Source of the DNA: Saccostrea echinata
Taxonomy: Eukaryota
Assembly: GCF_033153115.1 (NCBI RefSeq)
Contig: NW_026889764.1
Location: 10,602,001 to 10,666,000 of the forward strand
Direction of reading: 5' to 3'
Length of the DNA stretch: 64,000 nucleotides
The position numbers were made by a program, and so were the translations under genes. The notes beneath the pieces were generated by a model. The model was not told the DNA's origin and ran no database searches. It saw nothing but the letters and a program-made list of their open reading frames with translations. Below, piece after piece: positions 1 to 14,154 of this stretch; position 1 is the stretch's first letter; every line of letters starts with the position of its first letter.

Positions 1-1700
1 ATCAACTGGGAGAGAAATACCCCATATGCAGGTGATAAGGTTATATTGCTACAGTTGAAGATTGAAGAATTGAAATCATCACGTTTATCATAAAGCTTTG
101 ATGTTTGGTTACCATTAAAGTCTTTTTCTAGTAAAATATCCAAATATGAAACAGATGTGTCAGACTCTGTGGTATCTTTTATTTCAAGCTCACTGGGATA
201 TATCGAGTAGACATAGGAATGGAAGTAATTATTGTTAATTGATAATACTTTGTCGATACATCTAAATGTCGAGTTGAAGGCCACAGCAAGTGTTTTCTCC
301 TTCTCATGTAGAGGTTTTTTAATAAATTCTGCTTCATATGAGTGCAAAAATAGGTCTGATAATAAGGGGTTGAAATTGATACCCATGGATGGGAATTCCA
401 ACAGACTGATGAAAGACATGATCTCCAAAAAATACATAGCTTACGTCAATCAGAAACCCAAGCATCTTTTTAATATCAACTTTAGTGTACTTGTGTGTAC
501 AATCAGAATGAATTTTTTAACAAAATAATTTTGCAAATGACCAATGACAAGGTAAGTATATTTACGAGTTCCATTTTTATTAAAAAATCAACTGTCTATG
601 ATGTCAAAAAGCCTGAACTTTAATTTATCGTTAAAAATGGTTTTATAAAGTGTTGAAAAGTCGTACGTTTTGATGTTATTGATTTGGTAAAATTTTGTTA
701 TTTCAAATTTTATTATAAGGTTTTAAGTATCCACATCTGATTTACACCACTTCTCCAATATACTGTTGCACAGTACTCCTAAAGTTTCTCCTTCACTACT
801 GTAAATATTTCAGTGAGGAGAAAAGAAAGATGCTTGGTAGAACATTTACTGGAACCCGCTATGTATCTATGTAAGGATTTTTAGGGAGTTTTGGAATCCA
901 GCATATGTATGATAATTCAAATTCATTTTGATTATTGCGAATTTTAAAAATATTTAAAACTGACATATGGTTCCGAAGAATTTCTTCCTTAGAAAGGGAG
1001 CTATCGGTATAAGTTGATTACCACTTTCAGAATTAAATCCCAGTTCCTCTAAAATACAATTCAAATAATTAGCCTTACAAAGACGTTGTTACCTGTCTTA
1101 TCAGCTGGTACAAGTACATACTGATCGTGTAATCTATCTAATTCTTGTTTCACTTCTGCATTATCAAAGACGGAAGGATAGATGGTTTCATATTGCCCCT
1201 CAATCGCTTATTGCGCGAATGCAACATCCATCTGTTACATTTAATCCATTCTGACAAAGTATCAAAGTCATCTTTTCTCATATTTGGTCCATCGTCTTGC
1301 GTAATCTTTGACTGAATTCATAATATATATGAAATTATGATGCCAGTTGAATGATAGGGTTTCCTTAACTTTGGCCCTCTTATAATAAGTGATTTAAGAT
1401 CCCCATTTTTAACTATATTTACTTCACCAGTAATGACATGTCCAGTAGGACTATAGTTGAAGGATCAAGAAGAACATGAACACGTCGGAGGATTATGTTT
1501 CTGATGCTCGATATCTAGGCACTGTAGAGTTTTTATATAATCAAACAGTTTGGAAGCAATTGTCGATGTATATTTGTAAGAACTACAAGGTGTGGACTTC
1601 AACTTGAAATATGCTGGAATACAAGACTGAACCTTTTTATGATTAAGAATACTAATATTAACCGCGTCAATTCCTTTGATTGTATATTGAAGTTTAAGGA
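1..1700 (-). mobile_element. Decayed Penelope-like retroelement (RT) fragment
   Basis: Minus strand carries degraded RT motifs (GIPMG at ~380-400, SYEAEFI, ELEIKDTT) homologous to the copies at 17.9-19.2 kb and 31-34 kb; many stops; boundaries approximate. Confidence 0.7.
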
Positions 1701-1729
1701 ACAAACGGATTGATTTAGCGGTATTTACT

Positions 1730-2450
1730 TTTGCGAAACGTGGCGGTTTCTATGTGACTTCACATCCTCTACCAGGCACTCTATTGATGAGGTTAAAAGC
1801 TAGGTGGAGCCAAGGGAAGGGAAAATATGCTCCAACAAGGATATTAAGCAAAGAGAATTGCTGATTATGACCTTTTGTCTAGAAAATTGATTCAAGGTCA
1901 CTACACATCCTCTAAGCACAGGCGCTCTGTGGGAAAAGTATGAAACCAAATTTGCCAAAGGGAGAGAAGACATGCCTTACACAAGAATTTTTCCTCAGAG
2001 AGGGTTCTCGACCCTGACTTTTCATCTCGAAAATTGGCTCAAGGTCATTACACATCCTCTAATCATATGCACTTTATGGAAACCAGGAAAGAAAACATGC
2101 GCTACAGAAGGATTTTACACAGAAAGATTTTTCGACATTGACCTTTCATCTAGAAAGTTGGTTCAGGGTCACTGATTTTCCTTTACCTACGAGCATTACA
2201 TGTATATGAATGATGTTTGAGCAGGACTGGCAGGACTGAGCGAGAGTATATGCATCGGACAAGGATTTTACATAAAAAGGTTAACGCCTTTAACCTTGAT
2301 CTAAAAAATTGGTTCATGGTCACTGCACACCCTCTACCCATGGACACTCTATGAAGAAATTTGAGTTTGACTGGGCCAAGAGGAGAGAATTATGTTACTG
2401 CCAAAATAGGTAGGACAGATAGACGGACAGACATTACCTGTAAAGCGGGG
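1730..2450 (+). repeat. Degraded satellite-bearing Helentron/HINE-like element
   Basis: About 5 diverged ~130-150 bp units (gacctt..tctagaaaattg..tcaaggtcac..cacatcctcta) followed by a gacagatagacggacagac microsatellite; same layout as the element at 51-52.4 kb. Confidence 0.55.
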
Positions 2451-3459
2451 ACTTACCTCCGAGGTGATTTGACCAAACAAAAAACAAGCTATTCTTTAAT
2501 ATTTTTCCCCGCATAAGACAAAAACATTTACATTGTTATATCATTTGAAGTGCCAAACAACACAATCTAATAAATTTCAAAATTATACTTCATTTGTTCT
2601 ACACTCAATTTTTTGATATATTTTCATGGAGCATTCTGTAAACTTTACTTACCTGCAGTAGTACGATGACAAGTAACTACGATACACAGAAGGAAAAGTC
2701 CTATGAAAAAGTGTTTTGTAAATTAATGCTCATATCACGTTTACAGTGAGATAGGACTAAATACTTGTTAATGTTGTTAACTTACCAGAAATGTAAAACA
2801 TTTCTAACTTTGCACTAAGATTACCAATGTTAGACGAATTCTTATTTCTAAGTATGTAGGTCCTCATTGTCTTATCAGTAATGATAACAAATATTATCTT
2901 TAACTGAGTGTAAATAATAATTATATGACAATATAAAATATTAAGTTTAACACAGTGTATGGAAATATCTTACTCAAAAATGCCAAGTTCATTGTTTTTG
3001 GGTATCAGTAATCAATATCTGATAATTGAAAAGTTTCCACTTAGAAATGGCGTGAGTGGGAATTGCAGTAAGTGCTGTACGTTCAAATTTTAGATAAAAA
3101 ATTTAAACAAACAAAAAACAACAAAGGACAATAAGAAATAAAATTCTTAATTTAAAAAAAATAGATAAAGTCGCGAAATCTATTTACATCAACTTTGATG
3201 GCTTTGAATTGCTATTGGGTTATAGAGATAGTACACTCCTATATATGAAAATGTGGTACATTTAAAGTCTAAAAGGCTTACGAAATGTTAAAAAATGGTT
3301 TTTTAAATATAAATAAAAGTGCTTTACCCCCCCCCCCCCATTAAAAAAACGTCATGAAATACATGTGAAACAAATTGACTTTTTTAGCAAAATTTGATAA
3401 AAGTTAACATCTATCGACGCTTTATAATAATAATGCATATTTGTCTTTTTCTTTAAAGA

Positions 3460-4590
3460 AATAGGAAGATAACGAACAGTAAACAAGCTAAATACAAGTT
3501 AAATTGTGAGCGTAGCAAACAATGACCTATAAAACATCATTTGGGATCAGGTGTCATGGAGGAGGAAGCATCCCCTGTCGACCGGGGTATCGACCATACA
3601 ATTTTTTTGTCAATAGCTTGCCTCATTTTAGAAATTCGTACGATGGCAAGCTCATACATATCAAATAACTGGGAGACATCAACTCCATATGCAGGTGATA
3701 ATGGTATATTGCTACATAAATAAGGGAAGTTGACGATAGAAGATATCGTTAAGTTTATTTGTTAGTTTGCCATTAATACATTTCTCTAGTAAAATATCCA
3801 AATATGAAACAGACTCTGTGGTATCTTTTATTTCAAGTTCAAATTGATATATCGAATAAACCTAGGAATGAAAATTAATATTGTTAATCAATATAACGTA
3901 TATCTAAATGTCAAATTGAAGGTCACAGGCCACAGCAGGAGATATTCGCTTCATGTAGAAGTTTTTGAATACATTCTGCTTCATATGAATACCAAAACAG
4001 GTCAGCTTAATTTAATACCCATGGGAATTCAAACAGATTGCTAGAAAAACTGGATTCCAAAACTACATAGATATTGTCAATATGAAACTCAAGCATCTTT
4101 TCAATTTTAGAGAGGTTTAGCAAACTCACATTATTTTTCTTGTTTACCAATGCATAATCTCTGCGTGTACTTGTAAGTGTTTTAATGTAGAAGTCTTTAG
4201 CATAAAAATATTAGAAAACACATGAAATTCAAAATGTATGTCAATGTTTAAAATAAATGTATGCATATGTTTATAAGAAAAAACTTATGTCCATTGAAAT
4301 AAAACAAATCAGGAGCAGAGCAAACTCGGACCTGTAAAAACACCTAAAAAAAAATAACAGCAGATAAGGAAATAAAAGCAACAAGTTTGGACTAACGAGT
4401 ACTCGGACATCTACCCGTCCATAGCGAAACTGATCACGCAATGGACAGATTTCCGAGGAGGAATCCCCTAAGAGTTCTATTTTCATTGAAAAAACAATTG
4501 TCTATGAAGTCAAAAAGCCATGTTTTAATGTATCATGGGGAATGATTGTATAAAGTGTTGAAAAACCATACGTATTAATATGAAGAATAC
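3460..4590 (-). mobile_element. Decayed Penelope-like fragments
   Basis: Similar to 1-700 and 17.9-18.9 kb (GIPMG at ~4015-4030, tagtaaaatatccaaatatgaaacaga block, family 3' tail sequence). Confidence 0.65.
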
Positions 4591-4650
4591 TTTCCCAATA
4601 TTAGCATTTTAATAGCAGATATTTACAATTATCTGGTTTTGACCTTATCC

Positions 4651-7389
4651 TACGGAAGCCCAATAGTGCAAACCAAAAATAAATAATGAAAACGAAATTA
4701 TCAAATAAAGAAAACGAATTTATTAAATAAAAAAACGAAATTATTAAATAAAGAAAACGAAATTATTAAATAAAAAACTGAAACTAAAATACGGAATTTA
4801 TAGTTGTGCATGGTAAGGGCCTGTACCCATGAATCATTCCGTTCTACATGCATGACCTGATTTTGTTTCGATTTAAAACAGGTGTCCAATTTGCATTTAC
4901 ACTCAGCTATTCCCATATCGATAACATAACCAGTTGGAGTAGACAATCACAATACATGAATAGGGGAGAATTTTACCTTTGGTTATCCAATATGCTTAGA
5001 TCTATGTTCTTGTCCTATGATTAATTGTCTGACGTCATGGCGTCAGACAGTACTAGATTTAGCCAAGGCTTGTTGGTCAAGTCGTTCAAAAGAATTATTG
5101 CGATAACTCGATCTTGGAAACTTCATTCTATCTTAACTATCAGTTTGAGAGCATAGGGATTAATGGAAACATGATAAACATCCAAACAAACCAAAGCATT
5201 GGAGCTAATTATTATCACATTAATATACATTACACATTACATAACATTTGTCCATATTCTTATGGATCACAATCATTCATGTATACCGTCCAGCAAAACA
5301 GTAGCTAGAAGTGAAGCTGGTCAGGACAACAAGTACTTGCCGAAAATCCTTATCAGATTAACTAATAGATGTTTATTTTCAATGCATACAGTCTTTCTAC
5401 CTTTAGAATTACACATATTTCTAACTTTGCAGACGTTTGCTCATTTATAACAAGTTTATGATTAAAAAAATATAATTTTTCCCACTGTTCCCCAACTGAT
5501 GTTTAGATTTTTAATATGTGTTATAACTTTTTCTTTGAAAAGCACCGGTTATATTTATGTATCTAGGAAAAGGTCAGTCGGAAGAAATTTCACGTGGAGG
5601 GAGTGCACATGCAACCAAAATAAAATTCGGAGGGTGGGGGGGGGGCACTATCAAGGAAACAATTCCTTATCAAGCAAGAAATTTATCACGAATTTCATAC
5701 GTTATTATTTACATGACTTATGGGAAACAAGCATTACGTAGCAAAGGTGTTTTTACAGCATATAATTATATATCAACAAAAATAAAGGGAGAGGGGGGAT
5801 TTCCGAGTCCTCCTTTTCTCCCCGGTTCCTACAGCCATGAAAAAAAGAAAAGTACAAATAATACAGTATATATAGAATAAATTCATAACCGAGTTTAACT
5901 TCAAGTTGATGCCACTGGATTGAACTTTTCTTGTTTCTTAGCAAAATAATTTATTTCTGGACTCAGAATTATATTGATTACGTTGGGTTCAAATTTTCTT
6001 AATTCTTCGTATAATAATAAATTTTGTTCACGTCAGACAAGCTTTTAAGAAAGCTAATACTTGTATGAACTTATGTTCTTACATTAACATGATTAATATG
6101 AACTTTGACCAGTCTGATGAATTGGCCAGTGATGACAAGTTTACGTTAACATTAGCTTTCTTAAGTCCTCAGCTCAGAAGGTCTAATTATCAGGATACAA
6201 TGAATCTGGACATGAAACATCAAAGAGATTATGCTAATAAATTGCACAAATATTTAAGATATACATGTCTGTTAAGATTCCGTTGTTTACAACTGCTGAA
6301 CTTTATAACATTTAGGAAATTCCCTTGGCTATACATCATTTTTCAATTATCGCACAGTACAAAAATGCTGTAAAATGATACGTTACCGATCGGATTTTGC
6401 GGGTTTCTTTGACATTATAAAAAATTGTTTAAAGAGAGCAAGTGCAAAAATTAAACAAGTCAAAGTGGTTACAATGAGTAGATTTTACTGATTGCTTACT
6501 TTATTAAAAATTAAGCAAAACACTTCTAATTTCTTGGTCATTTTATCAAGGCATAATTAAAAGTGATGCACTGACTATTTGTTCTCACATATTCTAAATC
6601 TCAATCTTTTAATTCTCAATCTGTATTTATAAGTCAGTGATAGTTGTGATCACACAATGCACACACTTGCATAACAAATCCCACAAAGTATTCAAATCAT
6701 TCTCTTTATTGTTTCAACAACCTTAGATTTATGGGTACACCGATAGGGCGCTAGGCTTAGTTCGGGGGGAATTCAGCAATACAATGCTTAAGTCTTGACC
6801 TTTCAGCGATTCATGAGCTCTTTTGGAATGTCATTAATAAGCAGAAACATCTATCTTCGCTACGTCAAGGCTAACAGGCTCAAACTTTCACGTTGTGGGG
6901 ATGCGACACAGCATCAAATTCCCGTAAACAAAATTGAACAGTTATGAATCATTTACTTCAAAAATGCGAATTATAGGCTGTGGGCACATAATGTTTTTCT
7001 ACGTTTGTCAATTTGACATTTATCTAAGTTTTTTCTTAATTTTTTCATTTCCTCCACACTTGTTTTAATGTCGAAACAAAATCAGGTCTATAGAATTATT
7101 GAGTGATGCTTTATAACACGTGCGCTTTATGGAATGATTCATGTGTTCAGGCCCTTAACATGCGCATCTATAAATTCCGTATTTTAGTTTCATTTTTTTT
7201 TATTTAATAATTTCGTTTTTAATCTAATAATTTCGTTTTCTTTATTTAATAATTTCGTTTTCTTCATTTAATTATTTCGTTTTTTATATTTAATAATTTC
7301 GTTTTTTATTTAATAATTTCGTTTTCTTTATATAATAATTTCATTTTTTTATTTTTTATTTTTTTGGTTTGCACGTTTGGGCTTACGTA
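4651..7389. repeat. Inverted repeat pair (4651-4885 / 7055-7389) of a non-autonomous DNA transposon family with internal ~21-bp tandem units
   Basis: TA|CGGAAGCCCAA at the left, TTGGGCTTACG|TA at the right; both arms contain (aaaacgaaattattaaataaag)n and gacctgattttgtttcga. Could be the TIRs of one element or two partial copies. Confidence 0.6.
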
Positions 7390-7944
7390 TTCCCCGTAAA
7401 TGCCCACATATATTACGCGCAAACCAATCGCAAATTCTTTCTGGAATTCATGTAAGCAAAAAATTCAATCCATCCCTCCACACCCTTAAATTGTAATTAG
7501 TATCCATTTCATTCATTATATCTTGTTTCTGCTGTTCTTTTCATGTATTTTTCGCATTTATGTTGTCAAGAAAATTGCTAACCATGGAAACAATTGTCAT
7601 ATCCATACCACATTTGCAGTGCTGTCATCCGAATTTTGCTTAATCCTGCCCCGGGATCTGTTTTCTTCCAGGTCTGTGGCCAATAATTAGGCTTACTTTA
7701 ATTGACACATTGATGGAATGCATTGAGTGATTAAAAACTTACTAATGGAATTCAACTGATGCTGCTTATTGGACTTCTAATTGTATATACCTTGTTCTGT
7801 TGTATTCCTTGAACGCAAACCTTAAATGCGATTAAACTTTACTCTTGAAGAATTTTCTGTTTTATTCGATTAATCGCGAAAAATTTATCCTTACAATATT
7901 ATGAAGATTGCAATTATGAAAAAATAATCGGAAAGTTTATATTC

Positions 7945-8080
7945 AGTTACTTTCAAAGTTAAGAATCGGATCATGCTGATTAAGGCTTGAACTTGAACTT
8001 CATCCACAATACTTTTTTTCTTCTAGTCTGCATAGAGTCTGACATGAAGAATAAGGAGACGACGTACTCCAATCGCATCT
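7945..8080 (-). pseudogene. Relic exon 3 of a stefin-like cystatin (copy Z)
   Basis: Translates IGVRRLLILHVRLYAD*KKKSIVDEVQ then, after a frameshift, NQHDPILNF; matches gene A exon 3 (FIHVRIYADLNNRSRVDGVKFANQYDPILFF); TAG at 8025-8023. Confidence 0.7.
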
Positions 8081-9525
8081 TTAAAAATAATAACAAGGTC
8101 AACCTGTGGTAAACTTTTATGCGTAAACTGTAAAGTTAATGAAATACTGTAAATCGCTAATTTTCGGGGATGGGGGTGTAAATTTTCTATGTTTTCGTGG
8201 TATGAAGAGATCCACAAATTTATATGTCCTCCACGAAATGTTAAGTTTCAAATATTGACAACTCAATGATTCTTCAACCACGAATTCAAATATCCACGAA
8301 CCAATTACAATTACAATTGTAAAATATTTTTTTCACAATTGGAATTTCATTTTTTTTTAATACGAGTACTTTCGTCGATTAATTTGGACCGTGGTTCTGT
8401 TTTTAACCCCTGCTGTTTGTCTATAAGTCTGACTGCATAATATCTCAAAATGTTGCAAAAGATTTTAATAAAAAATCGGAAAAGACATATTATAAGAAGA
8501 AATACAATCAATCATATTTTTAGAAATACGGAGTAAAGACAAGATATTGCTTGTTTTGTTTTCCTTTTTTCTGGACATTTGTTTTCTAAAGATAACGGTG
8601 TGCCTTTAGACAAGGAGGAATCATTAAAATTACAGTAACGACCAACGACAGGTGCCTTACCCGCCTTTTTTACAACCCTATTGACAGCGGGTTTTTTTTA
8701 ATATATAAAGGACTTTTGCAGCTCAAGGACTTCGTGCAACACAGCTTTCTAGCAGAACTATTTATTTTCAATAGGTCATGACTTTGCTGCCTGTCGTAAA
8801 AACATGTTTCAAATATATGTAACAGACTGAAGTGATTTATCAACTTTATTATCCACAATTCAGACTAATGTTATGTTCGTTTTAGTGGTTATGTACATAT
8901 GATGTTATTCTTATAATTACCTCCAACGACGAACCTCGAAAAAAAAAATCATCATTTCAGTCATGTTTAGTTGTCATTTTGTCTATCCAAGACATATTAA
9001 TTTTTAAATGAATTTCAGTAGTATTTTAATTCATACATTTATTTTCTTTATAAAATCTGGTCCACTTTGACAGACTGATATATTGGTTTGTTTTATTTTT
9101 TTCAGAGACAATACACAAACTAGTATTTTATATATATTTAAGATTGTTAATAACTACTAGGTAGGGCGAAGTACTATAAAATGTTTTTTGCAAAAAAAAT
9201 ACCTTATGCTTAGATATTTTATTAGCTATTCTGAAAGATTTTATTAAGGTTAAGAGTTGATATTGGTTAAAAATTAACGAGAATATTGTGTTTACACATG
9301 TATTTCTTCTTTTCATACTTCCTCAGAAATACTAGTAACATGTTTTTTGGAGGATGGAATTATATCTTTTAATCTAAAAAAAAAAATCTTATGATAATGT
9401 ATTTATTTGTAATATGCAATTTCCTTTCTTCTCATAATAATTGGCATTTGAATGAATAATGAACTCAACCTTAGTTTTGTGAACATTGCACTTTTGACTT
9501 ATTCTTTTGTCGTATATAAAGTTCT

Positions 9526-9647
9526 ATGAGTCACTTTTTCATTTCGTAGAATCATCATTTAATGATTAATATCTACAAAAATTCAATGAGTCACTTTTTC
9601 ATTTCGTAGAATCATCATTTAATGATTAATATCTACAAAAATTCAAT
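9526..9647. repeat. Direct tandem duplication of ~60 bp
   Basis: atgagtcactttttcatttcgtagaatcatcatttaatgattaatatctacaaaaattca twice in a row. Confidence 0.9.
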
Positions 9648-10432
9648 TTCTGGTTCATTCGATATACATAAACAACATATTACTTTAGGTTCAATTCATC
9701 TTTGTTGATTATACAATTCGAAGCTAAATAAGATGTTTCAATAATGATTTTCATTTTTTGGAATGGATTGGTTTCACTTTTCCCTTTTCCTATTATGTTT
9801 GAAATACCACATTAATTTGAAATGTATTTGACATTTCAAGAAAAGTCTTAATACAAATATGATACGAAAATCTTTATGTGCCATGAGACAACCAATTTTC
9901 AATGAGATTTTAAGATGCATGTTTCATCAAAATTAGTTTTGTGCATTAAACACTTAAATTTATTATGAACGCTTTTTATTTCAATTTTAAGGGAAAGAAA
10001 GAAAAGATTAGATTTGCAGGCAGACACTGTTTGAGATGTGCATCAAGGGTGATTTTCCCAGTAATCTTTTAGTTTTGCTGGATATCCCCATATCGATAAA
10101 GACAAGTAAATTTATTACGTAATTGATTAGATTTCCAAATTTAAGGATTAGCTTTCATTATTATTATGAAGAAAACTATGTAAAGATGCACACTATTTAT
10201 GGATGTTTGAAACTATAATACGTTCAGTAGATTTAATTCACATTGAATATTAGTAATAAATCTGTAAAACCCAATAGTGATTTTAAATCCAATTAGCACA
10301 TTATACATTATACAGGTAATTATCATTACAATGACATGTTACAAGTAAGCTAAACAAATGTTACAAACAACAGAAGCAATAGTCTATCATTAATGGGTCT
10401 CTCTTCCTCAGATTTGAAAAAAAGGAAACAAT

Positions 10433-10437
<5 letters not shown>

Positions 10438-10472
<35 letters not shown>
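10438..10472. repeat. (GA)n microsatellite
   Basis: Direct reading. Confidence 0.95.
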
Positions 10473-10478
<6 letters not shown>

Positions 10479-10519
10479 GGGGGGGACTCCTGTTTAATTA
10501 TTGTGTTTTGAAAAATATC

Positions 10520-12775
10520 AAAATTTTATCATATGTAACAATGGCAATAAATATAATCTTATTTTACTTAAAAAGTTTAAATAATATTTATATCATTGAA
10601 CAAAGCATGCAAAGTAATGTACATGAATTTTTGTGTGAACTTTTTGCACTAAAAAAAGTATCATATTTGGGGTATGAAAAAATCTAAATAGGCAACACAG
10701 TATTTCCTGTATCAAACTTTTCATGACTTATGTGCTGATCGGTTGGAAGTATCATGAAGTTTAAAATGATGAAAGAAAAACTTGGTGTCAGAATATGTTA
10801 TTTTCAGGCAAAACAGTGTAATTTTATCTTGACCTCTTTAATATATCTTCATTTCTTGGCAAAGACTGTTGACTGAATGTGTAAAATTTGTTCTAAAGAT
10901 ATAAATTGAGACCGACCTATATTTAATATTCCTAGCATAAATTTTTGAGCAGTTTTTAAATTGAATGTTGTTTAACAAGGTTGGATCCTGATATTTAAAG
11001 TCTTGAATTTTTTTTTGTCAAGCATTTTTAGTTTCTACACACATAGCTTAATTAAAAATCAAAACCAAAAATGGGGATCAATATGCTTCTTTTGGCGCTA
11101 CCGAACAATTAATATGACCTTTTTGCACTGAAATTTGTGTCTTATTCAAAAATCACATGTCGACGTTTTCCCTCAAGTGTTTTTATCCAAATAAATCATG
11201 GGACAAAATAAATTATAAGTCTATTTAAAAAAAGACATAATGAAATTGTGACTAAGAAAAGGTTTCAAATTGCTTCGCATAATCAATTATTTGACCTTTC
11301 TGCACTCACAAAATGTGATTTTTCTGGCATTAGAAATTTAACAAGCAAGAAAATTATTTTAAAGTCTTAATCTTTTGCTGAAATTATGCAAATCGATCAA
11401 AGTAATATATTCAGAAAAGAAAAACAAAAGTGGGGGTCTATAATGTAAATTTTTAGATATTACTAAAAAAGTGTTAATTTTATGTTAAAATTGGCTCTGG
11501 ACTTTCAGAATATATGTACTTGTCACAATAAAATGTAAGAATTCATAAGAAATAATTTAATAGATATTTCAAAGCCAGCATAAAACATTTCACTGGGGAA
11601 AAAACAGCTCTGTCTGCAACAACATGGAAAAATAGGAATATAAACTTAACACGTACTGTATATATATTTCAAAAGGGAAAATTGATCATTTTCTTCCAAA
11701 AAAACCTTCCGCCACAAAATATAGTTCCTTGCTTAATCCTACTTGGATGAAATTTAATCGCGGTTTTTTCATTGGATATAGTTTAATTTGCATTGTAGAA
11801 TCCAATGTTAGAACTTAAAAATGATGCAGAATTTTAGAAGTAAAGATCCAGATCAAATTCTGCTCAAAAGCTCAGGATCGAACCTCCTTAATTTGCATTG
11901 TTTAATTCAAATATGCTATAAAATTTGAGTTGCAATAAATAGTTTTGAAGTTAGAGGTTCTGACTGAACTTTTCTTAAAAGCTGACGAGCGACATACCTT
12001 AATTGAATTATTAAGGTATGTCACTCGTCAGCTTTTTAGAAAAGTTCAGTCAGATCCTTTAACTTCAAAACTATTTATTACAATTCAAGTTTCATAACAT
12101 ATTTAAATTAAACAATGCAAATTATTCAACATTCAATTAAAAAAACTGCTCAGAAATTCCTAAAGAAGCAAGATTTATGAGGGATTATTTCTTGTGGCGG
12201 CAGGATATTTAGAAGAAAATTCTTCAAATCTACACATTTGTTAAATTTAAAATCTTGGAACTTTAGCCCCACATATTTTAACTTAGAGAATATTTTCCGT
12301 TATGATATGCTAGGAATATTAAATATAGGTCTCAATTTATATATTTAGAACAAATTTTACACATTCACTCAACAGACTTTGCCAAGAAATGAAGATATAT
12401 TAACGAAGTCAAGATAAAATCTACACCGTTTTTTTGCCTGAATATCGCACATTTTGACCAATATCTCGAAATTTACACCACTAACCCCAACTTTTTCTTT
12501 CATTATTTTTAACAACCCGATACTTCCAACCGATCAGCACTTAAGTCATAAAAAGTTTGATACAAGAAAATATTTTATTGCCTACTTAGATTTTTTATAC
12601 CCCAAATGTGATACTTTTTACGTGCAAAAAGGTCACACAATAATTAATGCGCATTAATTTTCATGAATTGTTCAATGATAAATATTATTCAAACTATATT
12701 ACGTAAAATAGGATTCAAACTATATTACGTAAAATAGGATTATATTTATTGCAATAATTACATGTGATAAAATAT
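10520..12775. mobile_element. Foldback-like non-autonomous DNA element(s) with long inverted repeats
   Basis: 10520-10940 is the reverse complement of ~12307-12775; internal ~230-bp imperfect palindrome 11889-12123 centred near 12005. Confidence 0.7.
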
Positions 12776-14154
12776 GATAAAGATAAAAGTGATTAACCAA
12801 AGAGTTACAATTTAAGTGCAAAAAAGTCAACTTAATTGTACCGTAGCTCAGTAAGATTCACACTGACCCCCCATTTTCTTTGCAATTTTGAGTCATGCTA
12901 TATGAGTACTTATCTAAAATATACTTCTCAAAAAATCCTTGATATAACTAATTTCACGAGTGACATTACTTAAATAATTGTTAAAAACATTGACATTACG
13001 TTACGTTAGCTTACATGTCTTCAAGTCTAAGAAATGTTTGATAACTTATTGTTTGCCTTGTGGCGAAAAAAATAATATGGAATGTGAAATATGACACACA
13101 TGCAGAGCTCGAAAAAATAATGAAGGAGGACACTGCTCACAAACACAGCTCTTACTGCCCTTTAATGTTGTATATTACAACTTTGAATCTAGCAACAGCT
13201 GACTCGGACTTTTAATCCTATGGGACGGGTGCTTCTTTCTTCCAATGAGGTGCTTCTCAGTTTTTAGACCATTTAACCAATTGCAAGAGCCGTGAAATCT
13301 ATATTTCTTAACATAGACTATTGATTCAGTATAATAACATAAATAGAGATATAGAAGAATATTCTTAAAGATTTAAAATGTTTACACGATATAAATCAAC
13401 CAACCTCATTCAGGGATCTACGTAACAGATTCATTGGACATGGCATCAAAATCTTTCGGTAAATGATTTATTTTTAATATGTTTTCGGTGCGACCGATGA
13501 GGTTGACTTCATTTACTGGATGCATACCATCAAAAACCATCGTAGGTTTTGATCCGCTTCTTTAAACAACAAGACCCAGTCTAAACTCTGTCATCAAATG
13601 ACTAGTTTCACCTCTATAACGGAGTCTTAATTGAGCAAAACTTTTAACGAAAGGCACTGTTCTGAATAGTAGATAAAATTATTTTTAAGTTTTCTTTAAG
13701 CTCTCTGTAAAGATTAAAATCCACACGATTTATCTAACCAAGGTACTGCTAAAATCGCCATTGTAGTTGGATTTGTGGTAGCAAAAGAATTTTGGGAAGG
13801 TTTCGCACAAAAATTTTGCCTAAAGTATACATATATTAGCTTAAATTTCCTCTTTACTCACACGTTAGTCTTTAGAGCTCGCTGCGCTCGCTTTAAACAT
13901 TGGAATAATTTGTTTTGGAGATGTTCAGAAGTAAAGAAGATTATTTAAGAACACATCAAGGTTGGAGGTTTGCCCCTCACATCTTGAAAACTCTAATTTT
14001 TTTTTTTGGCTATATAGAACTATAAAAATATTTGATTGTTTAAGAATGGAGCTATATGACACTTAGAAAAATACAACACACAATCCCCAATGTTTGTACA
14101 TTAATTTATTTCAATTCTATATTTTTTTTGTTATATACGTCGTCCTTTGAATCT

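Noticed and set aside
5114-5880. Several 64-107 aa ORFs
   Set aside because: No recognisable motifs or convincing splice context; lengths are expected by chance.
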